64,000 nt of DNA from Patescibacteria group bacterium (GTDB lineage Bacteria; Patescibacteriota; Microgenomatia; UBA10105; UBA927): positions 27,814 to 91,813 of the forward strand of contig DATKGN010000010.1 in NCBI GenBank assembly GCA_035510735.1. The letters run 5' to 3'. Numbering within the stretch: the stretch's first letter is position 1; every line of letters begins with the position of its first letter. Below, in pieces: positions 39,021-47,970 of this stretch. Both the position numbers and the translations under genes were made by a program. A model generated the notes under the pieces. It was given only the letters and a program-made list of their open reading frames with translations. It had not been told where the DNA came from and searched no databases.

Positions 39021-39106
39021 TATCAAAATTCAAATATCGAATGTTTTGAATTTAAGATTTGTTCATTTAGATTTATTTTGGATTTAGAGTTTTGAAATTA
39101 GGATTT
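38987..39106. repeat. AAATTC/GAATTT repeat hairpin spanning the rplJ end and the rplJ-rplL spacer
   Basis: Left arm aligns with 3125-3175; encodes the L10 tail NSKSEALNSK. Confidence 0.8.
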
Positions 39107-39134
39107 GTTTATTGAAAGGTGGTGACAACAAATT

Positions 39135-39524
39135 ATGGCAAAATTATCCAAAGATGAAATACTAGCGGCAGTAGGTGAAATGACCGTACTCGAACTGGCA
39201 GATCTCGTGAAAGCACTCGAGGAAAAATTTGGTGTCACCGCAGCTCCTGTCGCCGTTGCCGGTGCCGCACCAGCAGCCGCAGCAGATAGCGGAGAACCCA
39301 AAGAGGAACAAACAGTATTTAACGTCGTTCTGGCTGCCGCAGGCGCCAACAAAATCGGCGCTATTAAAGCGGTCCGTGAACTCGTTCCGACGCTCGGTCT
39401 TCAGGAAGCAAAGACACTCGTTGAGAGCGCTCCCAAAGAAGTCCTGACAGGCGTTAACAAAGCAGCAGCTGAGGAAGCCAAGAAAAAGCTGGAAGCCGCA
39501 GGGGCCAAGGTGGAACTAAAGTAA
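39135..39524 (+). CDS. rplL: 50S ribosomal protein L7/L12
   Basis: [37 protein letters not shown]. Confidence 0.98.
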   Translation: MAKLSKDEILAAVGEMTVLELADLVKALEEKFGVTAAPVAVAGAAPAAAADSGEPKEEQTVFNVVLAAAGANKIGAIKAVRELVPTLGLQEAKTLVESAPKEVLTGVNKAAAEEAKKKLEAAGAKVELK

Positions 39525-39924
39525 TAACTGAAGCAAAAGGAAGTCCGTGGTCAGTTTTCGAGTTTTCGAGAAATTACTGCCACGGATCCCGCATGAGCGC
39601 TCTTTCGAGTCGAGGATGTAAACCTCGCGAGAAAGTAAGCTTCGTGCGGGACGAAAAAGAAATTAGAGGCCGCGGGCGCGAAGGTCGAGCTCAAATAAAA
39701 AATACGATAAAACCCAATTCATATTGGGTCGAGATCCCGACGAATAATATGAGTCGGGATAAGAGCTCAAATAAGAATAAAATAGAAATCCGGCGAAGCC
39801 GGATTCGAGATTCTGATGAGATTTACGAATCAGAATGTGAGCTCAAATAATTATAAAATAAAGTCCAGCTTAGCTGGACCGACATCCCGATAAGTTATAC
39901 GAATCGGGATAAGAGCTCAAGTAA
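39525..39924 (+). repeat. Array of four rplL 3'-end copies separated by double-hairpin spacers
   Basis: [14 protein letters not shown] at 39654-39698; ELK* at 39763, 39839 and 39913; unit lengths 76/76/74 nt. Confidence 0.9.
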
Positions 39925-39933
39925 TGACTTTCT

Positions 39934-40012
39934 TGTCATCGTGAGTCGAGTCTTCGAGACGTGGCGATCTCAAACAAGATTGCTTCGCCGTCCGAACGGT
40001 CTCGCAATGACA
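39934..40012. repeat. REP-like element (TGTCAT..GAG / CTCGCAATGACA family)
   Basis: Terminal and internal inverted arms. Confidence 0.82.
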
Positions 40013-40027
40013 TTACTATAAAATCTA

Positions 40028-40069
40028 AAAATCCCCCGCAACCCTTACAGGGTAAAGGGGGATTTTTTT
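40028..40069 (+). terminator. Rho-independent terminator after the rplJL region
   Basis: AAAATCCCCC...GGGGGATTTTTT. Confidence 0.75.
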
Positions 40070-40155
40070 GATAACACGTGTAATCTACTTGACAATTAGA
40101 CCCTTTTGATCGACACTACGCACCAATAACTCCTGCCCGCCAAAAAGGAGAATAT

Positions 40156-40707
40156 ATGAAGGAATATATATTAGGTCATGTCGAGAAAGGTCCCGCTCCG
40201 GTTCAGGCGGCGGACCGGTTATTAGCCAAGCTTCTTGCAAATCATATTGTGTTACGATCATCCTACATAGCGGATAAGGATTATCCGAACCTTCGTAAGG
40301 GGGCTCCAATAGAAAACCGCGAGATACGGTTGGGTTTAGTCGATGCGCCAAAAGGTGCACCGCATGTCGTATTTGTCGGAAAGGAATCCGACCTAAAGGG
40401 GATGAAGGCAGCGTTCTTACAGGGAGAAACAACCGAGACATGGTCCCTTAAAATCCAATCCACCAACAAAGTCTCCGAGGGTGAACGAACGATTACCATC
40501 GTCAACGGCTTTGTGTGTAGCGATATAATGAAAGTCGAAGACAGGTTGGAGCCGTTAGTTATCAGCACCCGCGCGATGGGGACCGGCAATCTTATAGAGG
40601 GACATCCCTCAACACCCGCTGATGGGATTATTGTTTTTGTCGGCACACGACTGAGTGATACAGGTACAGAGATAGCCAGCATAAACGCTGTACATGTAGG
40701 AGATTAA
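40156..40707 (+). CDS. Hypothetical protein
   Basis: AAGGAG RBS; 183-aa ORF. Confidence 0.7.
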   Translation: MKEYILGHVEKGPAPVQAADRLLAKLLANHIVLRSSYIADKDYPNLRKGAPIENREIRLGLVDAPKGAPHVVFVGKESDLKGMKAAFLQGETTETWSLKIQSTNKVSEGERTITIVNGFVCSDIMKVEDRLEPLVISTRAMGTGNLIEGHPSTPADGIIVFVGTRLSDTGTEIASINAVHVGD

Positions 40708-41094
40708 TTTCTTATCCCTCTACGGTCACTACAGTGGCTTGTGGAAATGGCCTAAGCAATCACCGAAGATAAGTGCTACACCAAGCTAAACTGCTTTTCC
40801 CGAAGCTATCCCGAACGCCAAAAATAGCCTGAAGCACTCCCTAGGGCTCATTGCCAACAACGTGGAAAAGCATCGTTACTACAGGATAACATAGTTTGAT
40901 ATGGTTACAGCTCCCCGCCTTTCTGCGGGGATACGGAAATAATCAAAGACGAATACCCCCAGGTTACCACTATAACACCATCACCTGTATTGAACACAAT
41001 TCGTATCCTATTTTGTTCCGATTCAAATTTTTGGACACTTTTTGTTGACAACGGATATTTTAATGAACACAACATTTATAGGACATTACTTGAG

Positions 41095-41182
41095 TGTCAT
41101 TGCGAGTCCGTTCGGACGGCGAAGCAATCTCGTTCACCAAGAAAGAGATCGCCACTCCGCCAGTCGGCGGATCGCGATGACA
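41095..41182. repeat. REP-like element (TGTCATTGCGAG family)
   Basis: tgtcattgcgag...gcaatctc...gagatcgc...tcgcgatgaca. Confidence 0.82.
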
Positions 41183-41263
41183 AAAAATGTCAATACAGTG
41201 ACGTCGCAAAATACATTATTATTACCACAAGTTATCAACAAACGTCTTATTATCCCAGACTTT

Positions 41264-41338
41264 TGTCATCCTCGGGTCAAGCCCGAGGATCTGCTTTAAA
41301 TTGAAGCCAAACCGATTCCCGCCTTCGCGGGAATGACA
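41264..41338. repeat. REP-like element (TGTCATCCTCGGG...GCGGGAATGACA family)
   Basis: Two internal hairpins; same family as 50103-50180. Confidence 0.82.
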
Positions 41339-41599
41339 TAAGGATATAATCAATAACAATCTATATCGTACTATCTGCATTCATTTGATACCCCTTGACA
41401 ACGTTTGATGTGACGTGTATTGTTGTGAATGATTAACAATCATTTATAGTTTCTCCCCTCCTTCTCCGTCAGTTGACGGATTCGGAGGGCAGGCTGCTCA
41501 AAATATAAATATACGTCTTCTTGCCCTGAGGTTTGTTATTTAACCTTAGCATTCGGTCTTCACGAATTAACTAAGTAACTAAGTAACAAAGTAACTATT

Positions 41600-41800
41600 A
41601 TGTCATTAGGAGATGAATGGCCGGACCTGTTAACAGTCCGCGAGGTCGCAAAAATATTACGCGTCTCGCCGCTCACGATCAAACGCTGGGGCAAGCGCGG
41701 TAAGCTTCCTGCTATCCGCATCAACTCACGGGGCGACCGCAGATATAAGAAAGAGGCCGTCATGTGGCTCCTGGGACTACAGCAAAAAGGGGCTGTGTAA
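41600..41800 (+). CDS. Excisionase-like helix-turn-helix protein (HTH_17/MerR-like)
   Basis: LLTVREVAKILRVS..TIKRW...GKLPAIR...G.RRY. Confidence 0.9.
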   Translation: MSLGDEWPDLLTVREVAKILRVSPLTIKRWGKRGKLPAIRINSRGDRRYKKEAVMWLLGLQQKGAV

Positions 41801-41872
41801 TATAGCAACACGAGCAAGGCCGGTTACTTAGTTACTTGGAAAACACGAGCGTGAGCAAGACTAGTTACCTAG

Positions 41873-42226
41873 TCACTTAGAAAGACTTGAACGGAGTGCC
41901 GTAAGCATCTTCGATATCTCAAATATTTTCTGTTTTAACTCTTGAAAATCACGTTCTGCTATAAGGCGTTGATCCTTTGCAATAGTGATAATTGGTACGC
42001 ACTCATAGCAAGATCCCCTGGCAATTGAAAGAAAATGCTGAAAGTCTTTTCCTGTTCTACTGGACCCCTCGGCAATATTTAGAGATATAGATAAAGCGGC
42101 GCGATTTAGCTGATCCCCTAAACTAAATCGCAGTTGTGAGGGCCATTTGCCCGTTAAAGTGAATATTTTGTTTGATAGAACAACAGCCTCCTGATAAACC
42201 AACAGATTTTCAAATCGAAATTCCAT
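41873..42226 (-). CDS. Four helix bundle protein, copy 3
   Basis: FENLLVYQ, DQLNRAALSISLNIAEG, ARGSCYE; start moved to ATG 42226. Confidence 0.92.
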   Translation of the reverse strand: MEFRFENLLVYQEAVVLSNKIFTLTGKWPSQLRFSLGDQLNRAALSISLNIAEGSSRTGKDFQHFLSIARGSCYECVPIITIAKDQRLIAERDFQELKQKIFEISKMLTALRSSLSK

Positions 42227-42267
42227 AGTGTTACTAAGTAACCAAGTAACTTGCGTTGCTCGCGTTG

Positions 42268-43086
42268 CTATATTGACACTTTCGCTTCCCCAAACTCCCC
42301 TATTTTTTTCATCGATCGTGCATGACCCCACACAAAATCAAACATCTGCTTCTGCATGGAGGCAAAGTCGGGATTCACAATCTCCACGCAGAATATATCG
42401 TCGTGTAAATAGTGATATTGGGCCGTCACATCGTTATAAATAACAATCTCGGAGGTAATGGCAAGTTCTTTGGGGTCCATATACCGCGGCGTCCAGAATG
42501 TAACCGCAGCTGCTTTGATTTTCGTCCACGCCTCCATATGGGCGATGTTGGTGAGCTGGAGCGTATGAATTTTATGTTCAACCAGTTCCGCTCTCACTTT
42601 TTCACTGAATTCCTGGGGAAGGAAGGCGGTCATGCTTGTGGCCACTTCATAAATCCGAAGCTCTCCCCGGGCCCTGATCGAATTCCATGTGACGTGCTTT
42701 AACCCGTCAATCCCATGATGGTAATAAACCTTTGATCCCGTCATCCCCCGCCTGTGGAGGGCCGCAAGCTCCTCAAATACAGCAGGCATGGAGGCTTTGA
42801 GGCTGTCCAGATCGCTTTGCCTCTGGGCAAGGATGAGTTCCATCTGCTCATACGGGCTGGCCGTGAACTTGAGACCAAGCGTATCGAACTTCTGGGTGAC
42901 AAGTCCGTGAGCCTCCAGCTTGTCCAAAAGCCGATACACGCGTGTTCTGGCCATATGGATCTGACGGCTGATCTCAAGCGCTGAAAGCGTGCCTTTTTCC
43001 AGTAAATACAGGTAAATCTCCACTTCGGGAGTGGCAAGGCCCAAGCGGGTCAACGTGCGGGTGAGTATGTCTGTTTGATCGGACAT
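42268..43086 (-). CDS. TrmB-family transcriptional regulator
   Basis: LGL...E.EIYLYLL..G..SA.EISR....RTRVYRLL.KL...GLV. Confidence 0.85.
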   Translation of the reverse strand: MSDQTDILTRTLTRLGLATPEVEIYLYLLEKGTLSALEISRQIHMARTRVYRLLDKLEAHGLVTQKFDTLGLKFTASPYEQMELILAQRQSDLDSLKASMPAVFEELAALHRRGMTGSKVYYHHGIDGLKHVTWNSIRARGELRIYEVATSMTAFLPQEFSEKVRAELVEHKIHTLQLTNIAHMEAWTKIKAAAVTFWTPRYMDPKELAITSEIVIYNDVTAQYHYLHDDIFCVEIVNPDFASMQKQMFDFVWGHARSMKKIGEFGEAKVSI

Positions 43087-43140
43087 CAGCTTGGAGTATA
43101 GCGCTATCAGACCATATAATCAAATACGAAAAGGAGACAT

Positions 43141-43473
43141 ATGGAAAAACCAATTCAAACAAATATAACAGACCGTGGACTTTTATCGGTGGATCTACTT
43201 ACATATATTTTAACGCGTCGTCCCGGTAGAGGTTTACATCAGCTCTTTGCTCCCGATATTCCGATCGGCGAGCAGCTGGCCCAAAGTTATTTGCTCACAG
43301 GTCCGGAGGGATTGCCAGAGCCCATGACAACAAAAGCTGAAGAACAGCGAAAAACTCTGAATATGACTCGTGAAGAGGCTAAAAATCGATTTGACGCACA
43401 GCTTGCTAAAGTCGGAATTACTCGAGATACATTTTTGGGATGGACGGAATCAGTGGCCAATAAAATACAATAA
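43141..43473 (+). CDS. Hypothetical protein
   Basis: AAGGAG RBS; 110-aa ORF. Confidence 0.65.
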   Translation: MEKPIQTNITDRGLLSVDLLTYILTRRPGRGLHQLFAPDIPIGEQLAQSYLLTGPEGLPEPMTTKAEEQRKTLNMTREEAKNRFDAQLAKVGITRDTFLGWTESVANKIQ

Positions 43474-43483
43474 TCATTTGCAT

Positions 43484-44065
43484 ATGAAACCGATATTTCT
43501 ATTATTAAGTATCATCCTGCCAATCTATTCTCCGATCCTCTACATCAAGTCCATCCTTAGAGGCGGAGCAAGGCCGCACCGGACAACGCGGTTTGTCATC
43601 CTCATGACAACCACGCTGACGACGCTATCGCTCCTTGCGGCTCATGATCATGTGGCTCTTTGGTTGTCAGTAATATCAACCTTGCAGGCTATCGCTATAT
43701 TTTCCCTCAGTATCAAATACGGCATGGGTGGATGGGCAAAAAGCGATATTGTGTGCATGGGATTAGCCGTTATCGGAATCGTGGTGTGGCAAGTCACGAA
43801 AAATCCGGTCTATGGTTTATATTTTGGGATATTGGCCGATTTCATGGGGATGTTGCCTACTATTCTTAAAACGTATCGGTATCCTGAAACGGAAATGTGG
43901 CAATTCTTCGGCATTGACGCCCTGGCGGGTACGTTTAATTTTCTCGCATTGAGTTCATTTGCCCCGGCAACTTTCTCCTATCCGCTCTATCTGGTGTTTA
44001 TTAACGGGGTTATTGCAATCCTTGCAATACGAAAAAAAACAGACCGTTACCTACGCTATAACTGA
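43484..44065 (+). CDS. Multi-pass membrane protein
   Basis: About six TM helices; Y..SILRG..RPH and PT..KTY..P.TE motifs. Confidence 0.75.
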   Translation: MKPIFLLLSIILPIYSPILYIKSILRGGARPHRTTRFVILMTTTLTTLSLLAAHDHVALWLSVISTLQAIAIFSLSIKYGMGGWAKSDIVCMGLAVIGIVVWQVTKNPVYGLYFGILADFMGMLPTILKTYRYPETEMWQFFGIDALAGTFNFLALSSFAPATFSYPLYLVFINGVIAILAIRKKTDRYLRYN

Positions 44066-44068
44066 AAG

Positions 44069-44890
44069 TTAATGTCCGTGGTGGCCTTCGTCTTTACGTT
44101 CTTTCGCTTCTTCATTCCTAAGGTCAGCTGCCATTTGATCTAAAAGCATCAACGGAGCTAATCTTATCGCCTCTTGAACAGCCTGAGCCAGTTGACCAAG
44201 ATGTTCAAGACGTGTACGGATCGGGAAGAGAATTGATTTGACCTCTTTATATCCCCTTGGCGCAAAAGCATTTAATTCATTGTCGGTAAATAGATCAGTT
44301 ACCTTACCTGTATTATAAAACCGTAATTTGGTAAGTGCCGGTGTTTTTGGATCATTAATCGCATATAAATATTCAAGCCGCGTAGCAGTGTCACGTTGGG
44401 TTTCTTTATCAACCCGGCTATGGCTCAAGCGAGCATAAACTTCTTGAAGATCGTCTTGATTGACGGGTTCCGGTTTGCCATGCGCGTTTTTTTCAAAACG
44501 GGGCGCCCATAAAAGACCGAATTTATGAAACATACCATCCATCATCGGATTATTAAAAATTGACCCCTTCACCGTGACGTCGCCCGATGACCCTCTGGTA
44601 AGAGTGACTATGCCATCATCCCATCGATACACCGAAGCCTTACTATGCCAGGCAAGTTGGACAATTGTCCTTTGATCTGATGTTCCAGAGGCAATGATGT
44701 GAAAGTCAGTCTGCTCAAACGGATCAGTAAGAGCCGCGACATATTGATTATGAACACCGGGAAGGTGACCGGTTGGCACTTCTACCCCTTTTATCGCGCG
44801 ATCTAAGACTAAATCAAATAAATCTGAAGGAGTTACTTCTTTATCTTCTATCTTACGTGCGTTACCGGGAAAAATGTATTCTGGTTGCAT
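44069..44890 (-). CDS. Hypothetical protein
   Basis: 273-aa ATG ORF. Confidence 0.7.
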   Translation of the reverse strand: MQPEYIFPGNARKIEDKEVTPSDLFDLVLDRAIKGVEVPTGHLPGVHNQYVAALTDPFEQTDFHIIASGTSDQRTIVQLAWHSKASVYRWDDGIVTLTRGSSGDVTVKGSIFNNPMMDGMFHKFGLLWAPRFEKNAHGKPEPVNQDDLQEVYARLSHSRVDKETQRDTATRLEYLYAINDPKTPALTKLRFYNTGKVTDLFTDNELNAFAPRGYKEVKSILFPIRTRLEHLGQLAQAVQEAIRLAPLMLLDQMAADLRNEEAKERKDEGHHGH

Positions 44891-44968
44891 AATCCGTTTA
44901 TTATAGGATAATAATTACCCCGTGTCAAGCTTAGACTTTCACATTTTGAAGCTCCTCCTCAGCGGTTT

Positions 44969-45241
44969 TTATCGATATAACTGGTTATGTGTACCGAGAG
45001 CAACAAAGTATGCAAACGGACCATCGATAAGCGAATCAACTTCTCGATATATTGCCCTCCAATCGCCGGTAATATTAATGCTGCGACGCCCCATGTATTC
45101 CCCAACGAGTTTATGATTTCTTAAAAGCGGATGATAGGGGTTGGAAACAAACAAATCTAACCGGATACTAACTACCCGTTGGACATCATGGGGCGAATTC
45201 TGTAATTGTTTATCAAATTTCGGACTAAACTTAATCCTCAC
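44969..45241 (-). CDS. Type II TA toxin, RelE/YafQ-like mRNA interferase
   Basis: F.K.L...LRNHKL.G...G.RSINITGDWRAIY...LGTHNQLY. Confidence 0.9.
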   Translation of the reverse strand: MRIKFSPKFDKQLQNSPHDVQRVVSIRLDLFVSNPYHPLLRNHKLVGEYMGRRSINITGDWRAIYREVDSLIDGPFAYFVALGTHNQLYR

Positions 45242-45250
45242 CTTATCAGA

Positions 45251-45529
45251 TTATCGCTTGCGATGTAACCACGCAATGGCATCTTTCGCATTATCAAAGA
45301 CAGGCGATCCTTTATCGTCTTTCAAATCCTTGTCAGCCTTCTTGAGAATCCGCGCGAGATACGGCGTAGGTTCGTAGGATTCTGAAAACTCTATAGTCTT
45401 TGTTTTCACCAAACTGCGCAAATAGGCATTAACGAGTGAACTAAGAGTAAACCCCAAGGACTCTGCTACCTTGGCAGCTTCCCTTTTCACTTTCGGATCA
45501 GTACGGACATTCAGGATTGTGGTCCTCAT
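45251..45529 (-). CDS. Type II TA antitoxin, RelB/DinJ family
   Basis: TILNVRTD..VK.EA..VA..LG.TLS..VN.YL; upstream of the toxin. Confidence 0.9.
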   Translation of the reverse strand: MRTTILNVRTDPKVKREAAKVAESLGFTLSSLVNAYLRSLVKTKTIEFSESYEPTPYLARILKKADKDLKDDKGSPVFDNAKDAIAWLHRKR

Positions 45530-45539
45530 ATATACAAAG

Positions 45540-45558
45540 TATATACATTGTATATACA
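45540..45558. promoter_or_regulatory. Palindromic operator candidate for TA autoregulation
   Basis: GTATATACA-T-TGTATATAC just upstream of the antitoxin start. Confidence 0.65.
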
Positions 45559-45569
45559 CCTGTCAAGAG

Positions 45570-46430
45570 CTACAATGCAACCTTCTGGAGTTCTTCCGCC
45601 GCAGTCGCAGGGTCAACGACGTTGACGTTAAGGCCGGTGCCAAGCTCAAAGCCCGCACGATGGATGAATCGGGGTACGATCCGGATAAACCAGCTTTGCC
45701 CGTGGGAAATATAATAATTGTACATAAAGGGGTCTGTCTGACGATCCTTCGGCCGGATCACGGAATCTCGCCAGATATATTCAATCTTTTGGAGCGCGCG
45801 CTGGAGAACGCCTGCAAAATCGGTCAAGTGATTTTCCGGCAGGTCACCAAACATGTCTCCCTCCCCTTTTGGCGCAATCCATACTTCATAGGGCCATTGG
45901 GAAAAATCCGGACAATACATCACGAAATTGGTGTCTTCCTCGACCACATTATTGATGGGCTCCCTGGAGAGTGAATCGAGGTTAATCTGTTTCGGCACAA
46001 CAACAAGCTGTGAGTGGGGGTGGGCAAGACTTGCGCCTGCGTGGTAGCCGTGGTTACAAAATATAAGCACCTGGCCGTCATTCTCGTGCGCCCGAAAGCG
46101 ATCGCGGTATGCGGAGAGAATCCGCGTGACTTGATCTAGCGGCAGCTTATCCACATCATCCGTGTGACTTGTACTATGGATGAATACTTCATGCGTATCG
46201 GTGATCGGGAATTTATTGGGAACTACGCGGACTTGCCATCCCGGTCCATCCTTCTCGCCCGTGCCGATGCGGTATACCTCTGGCGGCGTTGACTTCTCAT
46301 TGCCCGCACAAAAAGGGCATCCCTTCACCGACACTACTGCGGGTTGGGCGGTTGAGTCAGGCCGTTTCGTACGCATGGGCGAGATAACCACCCACCGCTG
46401 CGTCTTCACATCAGGAACATATCTGGCCAT
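45570..46430 (-). CDS. galT: Galactose-1-phosphate uridylyltransferase-like (HIT superfamily)
   Basis: R..RP, CPFC.GNE, VRVVPNKFP, GASLAHPHSQ. Confidence 0.85.
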   Translation of the reverse strand: MARYVPDVKTQRWVVISPMRTKRPDSTAQPAVVSVKGCPFCAGNEKSTPPEVYRIGTGEKDGPGWQVRVVPNKFPITDTHEVFIHSTSHTDDVDKLPLDQVTRILSAYRDRFRAHENDGQVLIFCNHGYHAGASLAHPHSQLVVVPKQINLDSLSREPINNVVEEDTNFVMYCPDFSQWPYEVWIAPKGEGDMFGDLPENHLTDFAGVLQRALQKIEYIWRDSVIRPKDRQTDPFMYNYYISHGQSWFIRIVPRFIHRAGFELGTGLNVNVVDPATAAEELQKVAL

Positions 46431-46470
46431 ACTTATAGAATACTACAAATCCGACAAATACTATAAATAT

Positions 46471-46848
46471 TCAAATGACAGACTTTCGTCTGGTTTTTTC
46501 TAAAATGGCACTTACAATTCGTAGGATTTCTGTACATTCACTAATATACGAATCACTTGTTGTATTTGTCAAAAGCTTTGAATCACGAACAAACGACAAC
46601 CAGTAGATTGTCTCCTTCGTTTCTTTCTTGACGATCATATATTTCGCAATAAAGTCTTTTTTTGACGAAGAAGCATCAGCCTCCTGATCGTTAGCACCCA
46701 TAGAAGTAAGTGAAGACGCTAACTGGGAAATAATAGGAGTTGCCTCAATAGATTTAGGAATTTTTTTTACTATATCTCGAAAACAATTGAGAATAAACAG
46801 ATATATTCTCCTGTGAATATCTTTATCAGTGTTGCGATATTTATTCAT
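46471..46848 (-). CDS. Four helix bundle protein, copy 4 (TIGR02436-like subgroup)
   Basis: QL..S.TSMGAN..EA....SKKDFI.K..I.KKE..ET.YWL. Confidence 0.9.
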   Translation of the reverse strand: MNKYRNTDKDIHRRIYLFILNCFRDIVKKIPKSIEATPIISQLASSLTSMGANDQEADASSSKKDFIAKYMIVKKETKETIYWLSFVRDSKLLTNTTSDSYISECTEILRIVSAILEKTRRKSVI

Positions 46849-46938
46849 TAATTGATTCTATAATTGTTATAAATCATTTGTCGGATTTGCTTATTTGTAG
46901 TATTTGTAGTATTTATCGGATTTGTAATATTTATCGCA

Positions 46939-47910
46939 TTATGTGAATCGTGTAAGCAAACGAGCAACCTCGGTTTTCTTCTCTTTGGTGACCACAACCT
47001 CAACAAGTCCTTCGCGTCCTGTCGACGGCGGATGACCGTAATAGACGATACTGCCGATGGGTGCGTGAACAATAACAGGGAGGGTCAGAAGATCTTCTTC
47101 ACCGTCAATAACCAACACTATTCTTTTGCGTTCCCTAATGCCGCTCGCCCATGCTTCGACGGCTTCAATTGCCGCCTTTGCAATATAACCGGGCCCGCTT
47201 TTCACCCGGACAATGGTATATTCTTTGGGAAATTTGAACGATTCAAATGGTTGGTAGGGCTTCCGCTCGACCTGTAAATCGATAATGGCAAGCGCTGGTT
47301 TCACACCGCACAAAAACACGGTCTCCGTGGTCACGTCGCCAACCGCGATAACAACGTTATCACGATTTTTAAGAACCGCTTGTTTAATACCACTTGATTC
47401 CAATATTTTCCCCAAGGGGCGTTGTAACTCCGGTCGTAAACTATCAGGAAGAAGCAGTCTTCCTTCGCCGTCAATTTCCCCTTCGCGCATACGCGTTGAT
47501 GAGATGGTCCGCTGATCCTCGGCTGGGATAAGCTCAACCTCGACAATGGCAAGCGGCGGAAGCCCACGCTCATGCCGGAGCATATTAATCTCGTCGGCGG
47601 TAGTACGGTTATCACGGGTTACGGCGATGGCATCGATATCCTGGGCGATGATTGTCGACCCCCACCGGTTATCCAGTGGCACGATCATCGTCCGCTCGGC
47701 TACACCCTGATGCCTTAACCATGAAGTAAGTGCCTGATAGCGCTTACTGTGGGGCGTTATATCCTTACCCTTTTTAAACCGACGGATATAGGCTTCCGAT
47801 GTTAATCCGATCGTAACCCGTGCTCCTGATGCAAATGTTTTGGTAAGCAAATAGGTATGGCCCTTATGAAGCCCGTCAAATGTCCCGCCGACGACGATGT
47901 GTTTGTACAT
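46939..47910 (-). CDS. Archaeal-type phosphopantetheine adenylyltransferase fused to a DUF359 (GTP-dependent dephospho-CoA kinase-like) domain
   Basis: GGTFDGLHKGH, IGLTS, ISSTRMR; then LP..LR.EL..PLG, AVGDVTT, GEEDLL.LP, YG.P..G.V. Confidence 0.82.
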   Translation of the reverse strand: MYKHIVVGGTFDGLHKGHTYLLTKTFASGARVTIGLTSEAYIRRFKKGKDITPHSKRYQALTSWLRHQGVAERTMIVPLDNRWGSTIIAQDIDAIAVTRDNRTTADEINMLRHERGLPPLAIVEVELIPAEDQRTISSTRMREGEIDGEGRLLLPDSLRPELQRPLGKILESSGIKQAVLKNRDNVVIAVGDVTTETVFLCGVKPALAIIDLQVERKPYQPFESFKFPKEYTIVRVKSGPGYIAKAAIEAVEAWASGIRERKRIVLVIDGEEDLLTLPVIVHAPIGSIVYYGHPPSTGREGLVEVVVTKEKKTEVARLLTRFT

Positions 47911-47970
47911 GATACGATCATACTACGCGGCTTCGCCATGCGAGTAAAGGGAGTAGTATAATAGGTCTTC

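Noticed and set aside
39593-39850. 85-aa ORF in the track after rplL
   Set aside because: It runs through the hairpin array and ends in an ELK* copy; most likely incidental.
39699-39924. CRISPR array interpretation of the 74-76-nt periodic units
   Set aside because: The constant part is only ~12 nt and equals the rplL end; the spacers share structure with each other; no cas genes in the window.
40990-41304. ORFs 40990-41304 and 41042-41299
   Set aside because: They are read-throughs of REP-like palindromes with no protein-like features.
41600-41800. Prophage or ICE implied by the excisionase-like gene
   Set aside because: No integrase, phage or conjugation genes nearby; stand-alone HTH_17 proteins are common.
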